The position numbers were made by a program, and so were the translations under genes. The notes under the pieces were generated by a model. It was not told where the DNA came from and ran no database searches. It saw only the letters and a list, made by a program, of their open reading frames with translations. From Lingula anatina (Eukaryota > Animalia > Brachiopoda): DNA of 64,000 nucleotides. This document shows, piece by piece, positions 28,420 to 40,714 of the stretch (position 1 is the stretch's first letter; each line of letters begins with the position of its first letter). The stretch is taken from the NCBI GenBank assembly GCA_051362555.1, contig CM120646.1, positions 16,430,001 through 16,494,000 on the forward strand, in the 5' to 3' direction.

Positions 28420-31400
28420 TATTACATATTAGATGATGCCGTGGGATAATGCAGTATCTATAATGCAGATCACTCCAAATCTAAACAGCTCACGTATGAC
28501 TGAGTTCAGACCTCATTCTTCCAGCTTTCTTGATGACATTCAGCATAAAGACCGCATAATGTGTCGCAATGCGTGTGCGCAGTCTCCGTCTGCGCAGAAT
28601 CACGGAGGCCAACACTCTCAAGCTCATTGCTACATTATGTATACTCCAACTAAATCTGATAAAAGTTTCATGAAGAATCTAAGAAATAATTTTTTTCCAC
28701 TTAATGTATCAATCCAAATCAATCGATTCAACTTCTTTGAAAAAAAAAATTAAACTGTGTACAGTCTCGGCCCACCATCACAATGTTAAGTCGCCTTCCG
28801 ATTTATTAAAATAGATAAACATCAAAAGATTAGTTACAAAAACAGTTTAACCTCTTAGTTTTCCTATCATTTGACATTGTTAAAAATAAGTAGAATCTCT
28901 ATAATATGATATACTCTGTTTCCAGATAATTTATTCTGCAAAACACTCTATTATTATTCAAGACTATTCAAATGGTTTCAATTCACCATAACCAAGATAT
29001 CGACAAAGCCTTCCAAAGCCTTGCAAAATAAATATATATATATATATTTTTTTTTTTTCTATAAAATATCTTTGGCATTAATGAATATTTTTTTCTAATC
29101 AAAATCAACTAAGAATTGAGTCAATGGAATTCTTTCTAAGATGCCAAATTTTCGAAGAAATGAAGAACATTTCTGACAACTTTACAATCTACCTATGCTT
29201 CTCAAGAATGAACAAATATTCTAATTTCGAAAATTGGAATATGATACTCTTTTCCTGGCAAAACATCTCTTCTTTAGCACCAATAAGTTCAATCAAAACT
29301 GGTCATTTTCAATCTTCTTTGGTCATGCTTTTTTGACCCTGCTAGACAAGTTTCTTTCCATTTTGTTTTGATTGAATATTGTGGCCAAAAACTGTTATTT
29401 CAGTAGATGCCCTTGTGAGAAGAACATAAAAAGCGCCTTTTACCAAAGGTTTTTCTCGACTCTGCGCATTCTACTTTAGACATGATGGGCACTCTTTGCA
29501 CACATTGTTATGTGCACATACCACCTTTTATCTGTTACTAGATATGGGCTATGAATGAACCTTCACTTCATTTATGTCTTCAGCCTTTCTTGTAAAATTT
29601 AAGCTGAGTTCATCTCTCCATTTTTGACTTTCCATTTTGACATTATAATGGCCACAGACGGACACTTGTTTGGCCATTTCTTACCATTAATCTGTTATAT
29701 TAGGACCAGCTCTGATTTATGCAATTCTCCACCTTAATCAGACTCATGCAAATGAAACTTGTTAAAAAAAAAAAAAAGAAGGCGGCAACACAAGATACAA
29801 TTCTTTTGTGAATCGTGAAATAAAATTTATGTGCGCATGGGCAGTGCATGCCGCATGTACGGGGGCTTCTCAAACGATTGCGACGAGAGAAAATCCAACC
29901 CTTTTTTATCTAGAAGAAGAGACAAAACTTTAAAACTAGGTAATATGCCTCCTGGATGCTTACCTGGTCTTAACAAGAGAGGATATTCAATCAGACTGGA
30001 CATTCAATCAAACTGCATAGCTAAATCCTGCTATTTCATGTCAAACCAGCCAACAACTGAGGAGCCATTTGTTCCATACGGCAACATTTCCCTTCATTTC
30101 CAGAGTTTTAAACAAAGTATATGTGCGCACGCGCAAAGGACTTGAAAATAACGGTTCTCGTCTGCATACTTATCATACATGAAGTTCACGAGCCAGGGAC
30201 TGGACTATCCCAGTCACTCTTTCTCTTCTTAAATGTTATGAACAATAAAGATAGAGAGAGGTTGACTCTAAGTCTTCCTTGCTTCTCTGTCTACTGTCAA
30301 ACTAAGAAATGGCCCATTTGAAACCCAACTCAAATATTCTTTAAATTTTCACTTCAACAAAAATTCATGCGTGCGCATGCGCAACATATGCGACACGTAA
30401 AAGTTCACGCCTACTAACTAATCATATATGAAACCTCTATAAGAGAAGCATACAAGTACTCAACCATATTATTCTGGTGCATGGCATGATGTCAGAAAAA
30501 AATGATCCACTAGACTTGATTTCCATCCACTTGAACCAGGCTGGACAATCTATTGCTCGTCTTTAGTGCTAAATCACCAAAGGATGGCCAGTTGGCAGCA
30601 CACCCCAAAACTTCTTTCAATTCTCATTTAAACAAAATCATGCGCGCATGCGCTGTATGCAAAACGCTAACATTGCCCTCTTGCACATTACATATTAATG
30701 CAACCCCTACGTGTGCAGACAGACCAGTGCGCAACCTGCTTTTAAACATCTTAACATAAGACAAGACAGTTTACCTATCTCTCATGCCAACTACCACTAT
30801 CTACTCATACAAAAATGCCACATCTTTGGCAATCGTCAGGACAATCAAATGTTTCTATTCTTTTTACATCACCCTTGAATAACATTCCCGAGTCACAATA
30901 TACCCTATAGCATGAGCCAAGCTGATGTAACGGTTACATTAGAACTGACTGCATTCCAGTTTAAATTTGACCTCGTTTCCTCCAACATGCCAGACAAAAC
31001 AGTCCTCCAGATAAAAAAGCACTATGATTACATTTGACTTCATAACCTTGCTATTCTTATAGTCATAACCGTGTTCAGAGCACAAGCCATAAACCACATT
31101 TCCCATCTATCATGTACACCATGGTGTACTTAAAACCATGTATATTTAATCCAAGAGTGACAACACCAAGGGCCACGGCTCACTGAGTAACAATTAAAAT
31201 TTAAAATAGCTTACACCTCCGAGTTTTCACCTCTACTCCTATCACAAAGATTTAAGAACAGTAAGTGCATGCTTTACCTTAGTATTTATATGCTTGTTGT
31301 CATGACAGCCGCAGACCCAGACATTTCTCTCCCTCTATGCACCAGGCCTGGCATTCAAATGCAACCGTTTGCAGGCAGCGACTGTATAAGGATAATTGTA

Positions 31401-31700
31401 TGCATGCGCGCATGCGCATCTTGGACTACTTTCTTCAACAGCTTGAGACCCAGTCACTGGGATTTCTATTCTCTTTTGTCCCCTGCTCATTGGTGGAAAA
31501 CTTTGCACTATTCATTTTAAAAGCCATTTTTTCTCACCCTCTTTCTTTATTTCTTATTTTATTATAATTATTTTTTTATTTTATTTTATTTTTTTTTGTT
31601 GAATAAATTATAATTTGCTGCAGTGGCGTGTTTTCCAAATATGGGCAGATGTACAAGGTTAATGTATGCATGTGCGTGCGCACACTAACGGTCGTAGGCT
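28420..31700. other. CpG-enriched segment with recurrent GCGCATGCGC-like motifs; probable decayed large mobile element or gene
   Basis: Motifs near 28570, 29832, 30123, 30370, 30642, 31405 and 31672; intervening sequence looks coding-like but is broken by stops. Confidence 0.45.
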
Positions 31701-34700
31701 AGTGAAGATGTCTTAAATCTCGAGCATTATGTTTTATTACATTTCCTCCTATATTCACTTTCAACAAATTTTCTATTTGTATTGTAGGGGAAAAAAAAAG
31801 AAACGTGACAGATATTCTAATAACCACTTTTAACTCTTTCTCTGTTAACTTAAATATTTCACCAAAATTTAAACCACTATAAAAAATAGCACTTTTCAAA
31901 TCACTGATACATAATACAGGGGAAAAATGAGGCCATTTGAGCCTCATTTTCTTAAATTCCACTGTGGTTCCGATTATATAAATAATTTTTAAAGTTTAAT
32001 AGGGGCACTGCTTCATTTTTATCATATCCTTTTTCATGAGCTATGTTTACCCAAGGAATTAATTCTATGATCATTTAAATCAGACCACTGAAAAAATATA
32101 TATAAATCAATGAAATAATAAGAACTTAGTCCATAGACGGCACACCATCTATCTTTTAACTAATAGGACTAGCATACAATTGTAGTAAAACTTAAAAAAA
32201 AAAAAAACTTAAAAACATTGCAAAATTGATTTTGTTAAAAAAAAAAATAAAATAACCTTTGCCTATAATTTTCACATCTGAAGCTGCTGACCTAAAATTA
32301 CGTTTCAAAACCTGAAAATGTGAAGCCACTGAAGGATATTTAAATCACAGATTTTTTATTAATATAATAACAAACTTCTTCCTTTTATTTTGTATACAAT
32401 ACTTTTCCAATTTTCATGCATTTTAGTTGATTTTTTTTTTCAGTCAAACACAAAGCCTATAAAACCATTAATGAACATCACAATTACCTCAAAATTGAAC
32501 ATAAAGAAATGAACAAATATTCACACCATAACAATTAAAAAACTGAAATGAATAGATCAGTTTTATGAGGCATTTATTAACATAATCTGTGTACATGAAT
32601 CTGCACCCAGAATTTTCTGAGGACTGCAGTCTAGACAGATCTAATGATTGTTTCACACCTACTTTTACTGATTATCCATTATTCATCCCAATAATTCCCC
32701 ACCAGATCAAGTTTTAGAGTTAGACCTGCCTTTCCACTGGCAAAAGCCCAGTTTCCAGGATTACAGGTTCTCTTTTTTTCTCCAGGAAACACAGAAGATG
32801 GATTCAGAAAAAAAAAAACATCAATAAATGAGACTGGCTGCACTGGGAAATTCCAGAAGTTTAATTCAGTGGCCTCAACAGGGCTCACCCTCAACTAGAC
32901 TGATAGCAAGTCAATGTGGTAAATGGTGATCTTCCAAATTACACTCAGCATATTTCTGTTCCCTGCACACCAATGATTTTTCAATTCATCTAGGTGTAAA
33001 AATTCAACCTATGATCACTACACCTTTGCACCAAGACCACTTCAGCTAGCCGTTCTAGACACTTTTTTACTTGATACCAAAGTTTAAATAAATAAATAAA
33101 TAAACATCAGAAAAATTAAAAACGCAATCTCTAACACTGGTGCCATCTGGACTAAATTATGTTCAAAAGTTGTTCTTCAGATATGCATTTCAATAAGCTA
33201 ATGATATTAAAAGAAAAAGGTGACTACAACCTGAATGAAATTAGTTTCTTGTGCCAAGAATAAGCAAAATGTCTTATTTTACAATAAAAATCTTGAATTA
33301 TGCCTTACTGATAGCAACAATAAAAGCAATCATTAAAATAAGATATAAACAACTCAATTTGATATCATACTTCATTCTTGTATTTTCTCTATCTTTTCAA
33401 AAGGCTCAAGCAAATGAGCAATCCCAAACAAAATGAATACTACTGTCTGATGAAAAGTTTATGTTAAAAAATATATTGTAAAGGTAAATAACTGAAAAAA
33501 AATTATAACCAGGTCAGAATAATAACCAAAAATGTTGCCACTGAAGTAAGTTTTGAAACTACTGTAAGGTGCTGCCCTCTACATTCATAAAATAACACTA
33601 GCAACCACAGAATACAACACAAAAGCATATTCTAAATTTGACAGTTAAAAAAAGTTCTCGTGATTTATTACAAAGTGAGTAGTGCAAAAAAAAAATGCCC
33701 TCAACACACAATGAAATTATCTTTAAAATCTCAATTGGTAATCTTCTGAACTTAAAGCTTTATTTTTCATCAGGCTAAAATAACTACTAACATGACTCTC
33801 TGAGACTCGGAATGTAAGAGAAAACATCATGTTTACTATTTTCTTCTCTGGAACAACAGAGGAAAACTCTAACCCCGCCCCCTCCCCCCACAATTCATAC
33901 TAACCCAACCCAATTCCCCTGACTGTCTCCCGTGAAAGGGCAAGGTCAAACTCAGCAAGAGTGAAAAGACCAGTCACAATCATTTCAGAAACAATCAAAA
34001 ATAGCACAATCATACCTATGGACTGTACCTCCATATGACAATTGATCCAATTCACCGCTATCAAATCAACCACTTTACTAATTGCTCCATGCAGGAAGCA
34101 ACTATCTCATCTCTGTTAGTCCATTAAATTGTCAAACTCCAATGGGCTTACTCATACACGATTTTTGACTTAGCAAAACAGGTCTAAACTTCTAAGCACA
34201 TGCGATGTCAATTGGCTATAATTCTTTACCATAAAGTCCTTGGCGATCTCAGAGTGCTTTTGTAGTTGATTAAGAGGTAATTTGATCAATGATTTTTATT
34301 CACTAAATAAAACCATAGGATTAGTATGTGTGTGAGGCTGCTTCACTACCTAGGTGAAAATCATATTATTGGTATAGCAAGTCTGATCTTTATGACAGTG
34401 GTGCAGAGTCCTACATTTAACCTTGTGGTCCTCTGACAATAATTGCACTGTCTGGCTTTAGAGTCATTAATGCCAAATTCACTGTCAGTTATGTACATAA
34501 GAAATCAATGGCACAGGAAAGGATACAGACTCAGGGGGAAAGTATCAGGGACAGGCTTTGAAATAAGGTGCTGACATTGGCAACATGGTTTTAGCTTGTT
34601 AACATCTATTTATTTCCCAGCTATGGATAACATATCCAAGTCTTTAATTTTCCATCAGAAATGAATAAGATGATAAAATTCTCAGTTGTTTTACAAAACA

Positions 34701-36279
34701 TAACATAAAGTTCAATTTTTACCATAGTCATCTGACAATCTGTAAGGGGCATAGAAAATGAATAATGAAAGGTACTAATTTTCACATTTGGAGAAGTGTA
34801 CATCAAAAGTCCTCTACTGATCAATGGAATAAGTTATTGAGAGATGAACACAGTGACCAGGGGTATTCAGGGGCTTATTTCAGCTCTAAAGATGCTTATC
34901 ACACTTTTTAGATATAATTTAGGCCTTGGCAGGCTACAAATTTTGACCAAGCACCCTATGTCTGACCACTGCCAGTGTATTGATTGCATAACCAAATACC
35001 ACAATCAAGATGACAGTTGGGTATCTTTTTAAGATATAATTAAACATAATTTTGAGCTTGACCTGGAAACAGTCATTATTATGTCTTTCTTTTGTTTTCC
35101 CATAAAATCAATAGAAAGGGTTTGAAATGAACTGTGTGAGTCCTCTCTTGTGTTTAGCAGACCACTTCAAGTGGCTTACACCATAGTTTGGACAGCCCAT
35201 GCTGCCATGATATAACACTGTCTGCTATCAAGGGTCAGATTACATCAGTTACACAATGTACTGTGGCTACTGGTTTGTAGATGGAAATGAAGAGAGAGAG
35301 AGAGGGTATTTTTTAATTATTATTATTATTTTTTTTTTTTTTGTTGCCATATGTGTTTATGGAAAAAAGTCAAAAAAGAAGCAGTGTGCCTCTAGGGGTT
35401 TGCATCAATCAAATTCAAAGCCCAGAACCTGAACAACTGTCACTCGCTCATTGCCTCCCACCAAGCATGACCACAAGCCTGGCTGTGGTCAATGTGAGAG
35501 GACACTTGTGGCTTAATGGCATATCATCAGTACTTACAAATGACTTGATTACAAGGCAGTTAAAAGGGGCAGGTGCTATTATGTCACAGGTGTGAAAGTG
35601 ACTGACAGCTGCAATATGGCCAGGCTGTGGCCAGTCTGGACTGTAAATGACAGCAGTGACTTTAACCTCAGCCCAGGTAAATGGCAATGTGTACTGGTTC
35701 ATGTCACAGACAAGGCATACACAAAACTACATCTCACTCCTTCTAGTGAACCCACCAGTATACTCATTATGGCATACACATACTGCAAATAAGCAAATAA
35801 TGAACTCACCAGGTTGCTAATCACCTTTGTATTCAGGTAACAAATTTATGGTTTCAAGTTGCAAAACTGACTACATCCACACAGCATTCTGTTTTAGCCA
35901 TACAACAAAATAAGCAAATTCATAACCATTGTCACAGCTCTCATCAGTGTTAATATAACTAATGTTTACAGATCATGCAAAATTTATAACTAATATACTC
36001 TTTATTCTTTGTCTGATTGTCAGGTTGAGTTGGTCTATCTGCCAGTCTGTTTGTCCATCTCTTTACCCATCTCCAATTGTCTCTCTCTTTTTGAGCAAAA
36101 TGTTCATTAGCTTGGTGGTTTGATCATACAATAACAAAGTTCTTGAACACAAGCATTTTTCTACCGATGTTAGTCACATTGGCCATAAGATAAGAACAGT
36201 AGGGAATTTTAGTAGCTTGTGTTCAGTAACCTTATTATAGTGTCCCTCTTTTTGTCTGTCTGTATGTCTGCCTGCTTAC

Positions 36280-36400
36280 CTGCCTGTCTTTCAAATTTAC
36301 TTGTCAGATATGTCTGTCTCAAATGTCACAGAAACAAATCTCAGCCATCTAGCTTACATCACACACATATATATCTGAGGTATTAGGTTGTATAGGAAAG
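36280..36400 (-). ncRNA. Candidate non-coding exon (121 bp) containing a let-7-complementary site
   Basis: Minus strand tactaatactacttctgcag| acceptor with branch-like TACTAAT, and ggcag|gtaagc donor. Confidence 0.45.
36376..36395 (-). promoter_or_regulatory. Near-perfect let-7 target site on a minus-strand RNA
   Basis: Plus strand TGAGGTATTAGGTTGTATAG equals let-7 nt 1-20 (UGAGGUAGUAGGUUGUAUAG) except nt 8; no precursor hairpin is present. Confidence 0.6.
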
Positions 36401-36966
36401 CTGCAGAAGTAGTATTAGTATTCAAGCACAGTTCTCTAAAGTTGCAAAGGGGTTCAAAATCTGTCATATCTATTCTTTTATGTACAATATGTTCTTTTCT
36501 TCAGAGTGAATAATTCAATTTACTTGGGCATTGATTCCTGGTTACTATCTATAACTTTACCCAAAGAATATTTTCATATAAGTTTGACTATCAATTTTCA
36601 ACAAAATATTTTCCCACCAATTTGACTGCAATAGTATGTAGCAGTTAATGAGATAGTGAACATGCCATATTTGAGTTCAGCCAAATGTAGGTTATTTCCT
36701 AGCAATTGACATATGAGGTGCATGCCAGTGGGAGCCCTGGTTGTCTCCAGGTTGTAGTCGCAGCACACATGCTCCTTATGCTATTGCACTTAATATCATG
36801 CAATATACTACCACAATGTCAGCCCTATTGCCAAGGCAACACAAACTAGCAGGTCAGGGGACTATTGCACCACTACTAGTAGTTTTAACTCGACTACAAC
36901 AGACATTAACAGAAGCTTAATGACTTTTTTTTTACATTTTTTTAACAGAAATACAAAATACTTTAA

Positions 36967-37115
36967 AGGTACACTATCCACATCTTGTATGTCTCTATAT
37001 CCTGCAAAGCTACCAATTTAGACATGAAAAACAATAAAACAAATAAAGGTACCTGTTGTTGTTATTTCCATACAATGTTTAGTAAGGTATGGCACTGGAA
37101 GTGGCTAGCCAGTCT
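36967..37115. mobile_element. Possible old Kolobok-like MITE
   Basis: TTAA|aggtacactatccac...gtggctagccagtct|TTAA; terminal repeats are degenerate. Confidence 0.3.
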
Positions 37116-37261
37116 TTAAGAAGTATTGTTTTTAAATTAAAAATGGTTATAAAATATTTAATCTAAGTATAGGGGTGGGTCAAGCAATTATTCATGGGTG
37201 GATTTTTTTTTTTCTGGAAATCTGATTTTGCATGAAAACCCCAGACAGGATACTGCTAACG

Positions 37262-37378
<117 letters not shown>

Positions 37379-38070
37379 TTCCCCTTGCAAATCAGCAATA
37401 CGCAAAAATAAAACTGGTTCTCTTAAAATGTTAATCATCTAGATAAAATGTTGAGGGGTATCCCATTTAAATGTTGTAATATATAAAATCACCAGTTTAT
37501 TTAAATTCTATCGAAGGCTATATTTTTGAAAGTGCTAAAAGAAGTCTTGCATCAAATAATGCAGATAATATTCTATTTAATTAGCATAAATTCAATAAAA
37601 GAAGAAAAGTGCTCTATATATTCAAGACATACATTCAAGAAATTGCAAAATTGTACAGATGCCTGAATGGGTACAAATATTTCATGTTTATATTCCGTTT
37701 AGATATTTTGTTACCTCAGTTAATGATTAAAAGCACCTTTCATTCAAACTTTTTAAGTATTTTATCACAATCCAAAGCTCACAAATTGTACTAAGAATAC
37801 ATTTGATTATATTTCTAACTATATTACAGACCAATGTTGTCACCAAAACTAAATTAGCCCGGTATTTATATTTTAATCTAAACTGCCTAGAGTATTTACA
37901 ATTTTTAATGAAGATTTACTTCTATGCAAAGGCGCATAGGCAATTAAACATAAATATTACAACCTAACTATACATATTTCAAATTAGTTTTTTTTTTTTT
38001 TTTTTTACTTAGATAATGAAATAAATAAACCAATCAGCTATATAAATGCTAATAATTACACTCAGCAATA

Positions 38071-38122
38071 ATATTAAAGTTTTGGCGATAGTTATAATAT
38101 TAACGTTTTGGCAACAGTTATA
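38071..38122. repeat. 26-bp tandem duplication x2
   Basis: atattaaagttttggcgatagttata / atattaacgttttggcaacagttata. Confidence 0.85.
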
Positions 38123-39139
38123 AATAAGAGCATAAACTCTAGAGTTTTAACAAAACTGAATTAGTAGAAAAGCCTATTTTTTAGAAAATCACGCATATTA
38201 TAAAATTTGCCCACCACCACCCTAAAAAGGCATGGTCTGGTCTTCACAAAATATGCAACTTAAAAAAAATACAGCATACTTCTCTTTTTTTTCTTTCTTG
38301 AGTGCAATTTTAAAGCTGTACATACATTGCATGATTTATTTTATGCTGAATAATATGTAACAGCATTTGTTTTATTTCAACAAAAGTTGATAATCATATC
38401 AAAAATAATGCAATTATTTTTTTATTGTGAGCAGCACAGGCCTTCTCATTTTAACTTGCATTTACCTCTCCATTTCCAATTTCATTCTTAGCATAATGAG
38501 CCTTTGCTCTTTTCTCATTCTTTGTTTCCATATAAATCATTTGCCAAAGCAGTCTTATTGATCTGCTCAATATTGAAATTATTAATAGCTTTCTTCAATA
38601 TGGATTTTGCTTTGAATCTATATTTTCTGCATAAACAGATATACTAACTTTATTAATTACAGAATGAAACCCAACAAAAATTACTGGGCAGAAGAGGTAA
38701 ATATTTTTTTATCTACTCCAGCACATAAGGCATTGATAAGGCATTAAAAAAAGAGATCCTTTTTCTTTTTTTTTTTTAATTTTTTTCCTCTCATTCCCAA
38801 TAAAAAATATAAAAAGGTACATTTATTATTTCCATATAAAGGTTGTTTTAATTCCAAGCAAGTTACAAATTAATAATTTCAGCTAAAAATCCAGTATCAG
38901 ATTGTGTACATTTTTCATGCTTATGTGTCACATTCACATACAGAAAACAATAACTGCGAAAGCACATTGGATCATTAACATACATTCCCTAAAAAGAATG
39001 AGGAATAAATCCTTCTCTTCAATAATAAAAAAAACCTTTTTATTAAAACTCCTAGTTTCCTATTTCTTTAAATCCCTTATGTAAAACCCATTATGACCTT
39101 GAAGAAAGTAGCATGTACTTAAACTTACAACGGTCAGGA

Positions 39140-40200
39140 TCATTTCATGTACATGTGAACACGTGAATGCGCAGACAGACGAGTGCGCATTCGCAAAGCT
39201 ACATTTAAAATGTTTGAATAGATTCGGTTATGCAGTGGTAAGAGTCTAACCTCCTTTTTCAGCTATCATGAAGATGTCTGGGTTACCGGACGACGCATGC
39301 GCACGCCGTAATGCATGTTGCACGCAGGCCATGTCTGGCATAAACACGTCGGAAAAAACAAGTGACTCACTTTTAAACCTCTGACATTTGAAATAATGCA
39401 AACCTTCGATAAGTTACTGTCAATGTAAGCCTGTATACATAATTGATAAAATAATAAATATACGTATTTCTGTTAATATATTCCTGCTTAAATATACATG
39501 ACACTGCATGTAGGCAGATTCCTACGCGACGGTACGTAGGCCTGGATCACGCCACCCTGATCAACTTGCCATTTCATAATGATCAACATCTTTTATACTT
39601 CTGTTCATCTATTCTCACCATTTACCACACAATTCAGTTCTATTTTCTGGATATGCACAAACAAACCACACTTTCGAATAAGAAAAAAAAAGCATGCATG
39701 CTCACCTCCCTTTTCCAAGGGGGCCAAAGGGTAGGGTTCTCATGACCTGCCTCTGCACAACTTTATGACCTAACTTGTTATGCGCGCAGCATGGTTCTAA
39801 GCTGACTCAAACTCTTAAAAAGTAGTCCCTTTTCCATGCATGTCTGTTAATTTATTCACAGAGAGTTCCATACCACTGCTACTTCAGTCTACACTCTTCC
39901 AACCATCCCGAAACATTTGTACAACATAATACTGGCTGAGAATTATCATATCAATTATAATTAGCTAAGATGTAATGGCCAAGAGCAAAGTGAATCAAAA
40001 ATAAACAAATGATAGCAAAGAAAAGGTAAAAAGACATAAGAAACATTTAAGATGCATGTGCTGGGCGCGTAACCTGTGCGCGCGGTTTAGAGATTCAGAC
40101 ACGACGCCATTTTGTTAAACAGAAAATGCAGACAACGCCCAAATCCATTTTCCCGCCTCACGCCAGTTCTTTCCCCCTATGAGCCCCCCAGTGTCTCCAC
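39140..40200 (-). promoter_or_regulatory. CpG-enriched motif cluster (NRF1-like, YY1, E2F); possible internal promoter
   Basis: gacgcatgcgcacg near 39292; CGCCATTTTG at 40105-40114; TTTCCCGCC at 40149-40157; inverted pair gaatgcgca/tgcgcattc at about 39165-39192. Confidence 0.35.
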
Positions 40201-40289
40201 TTACTATGCCAGACATAATAAATGGTTGACCTTCTAACTGCTTCATTTCATATCAACATTGCAGGATGTCAGATAAGCACAGTCACGTA

Positions 40290-40714
40290 CCTGATGTCTA
40301 CTTCAAGCTGCCAAATAAAAAGCTCTCCATTCTCTTCCACTTCATTCCTCAGGCGAGCAGCTCTATACAGCATGTCTGTGCTCTACTAGCCCTCAAGATC
40401 CTAGTCCAGGATATCATGGACTCCTTTTCCTTATACAGGATTTCTAGGAAGTACTGTTCAACAAAACACAAAGGCCAGTCGAGCTAGAAGTAAGACAGCA
40501 AGAACATGTCCAAGTTCCTCACAAAGAACCTCCTCTTCACAGGGTCGGTACTATCATCAGCGCTGTCCGCATGTCCGTCCATCATGGCAAGTGTTCCGTC
40601 TAGTGTGGAGGAAGAGGTTGGCTTGTAAGCAGTGCTGCCGCCACCACATGGAATATGAATGTGTCTGGAACCACGTGATTCCACCATGTCCGCTACCACT
40701 GGCCACATAATCAA
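40290..40714 (-). pseudogene. Decayed coding-like frame of unknown origin (possibly transposon or viral)
   Basis: The 76-aa ORF 40714-40484 continues in frame past a stop: DPVKRRFFVRNLDMFLLSYF*LDWPLCFVEQYFLEILYKEKESMISWTRILRASRAQTCCIELLA*GMKWKRMESFLFGSLK*; GC content higher than flanks. Confidence 0.4.

Noticed and set aside
29810-31700. CRISPR-like repeat-spacer interpretation of the periodic motifs
   Set aside because: Eukaryotic DNA; repeats are short and degenerate, spacers are 250 bp or more, and there are no cas genes
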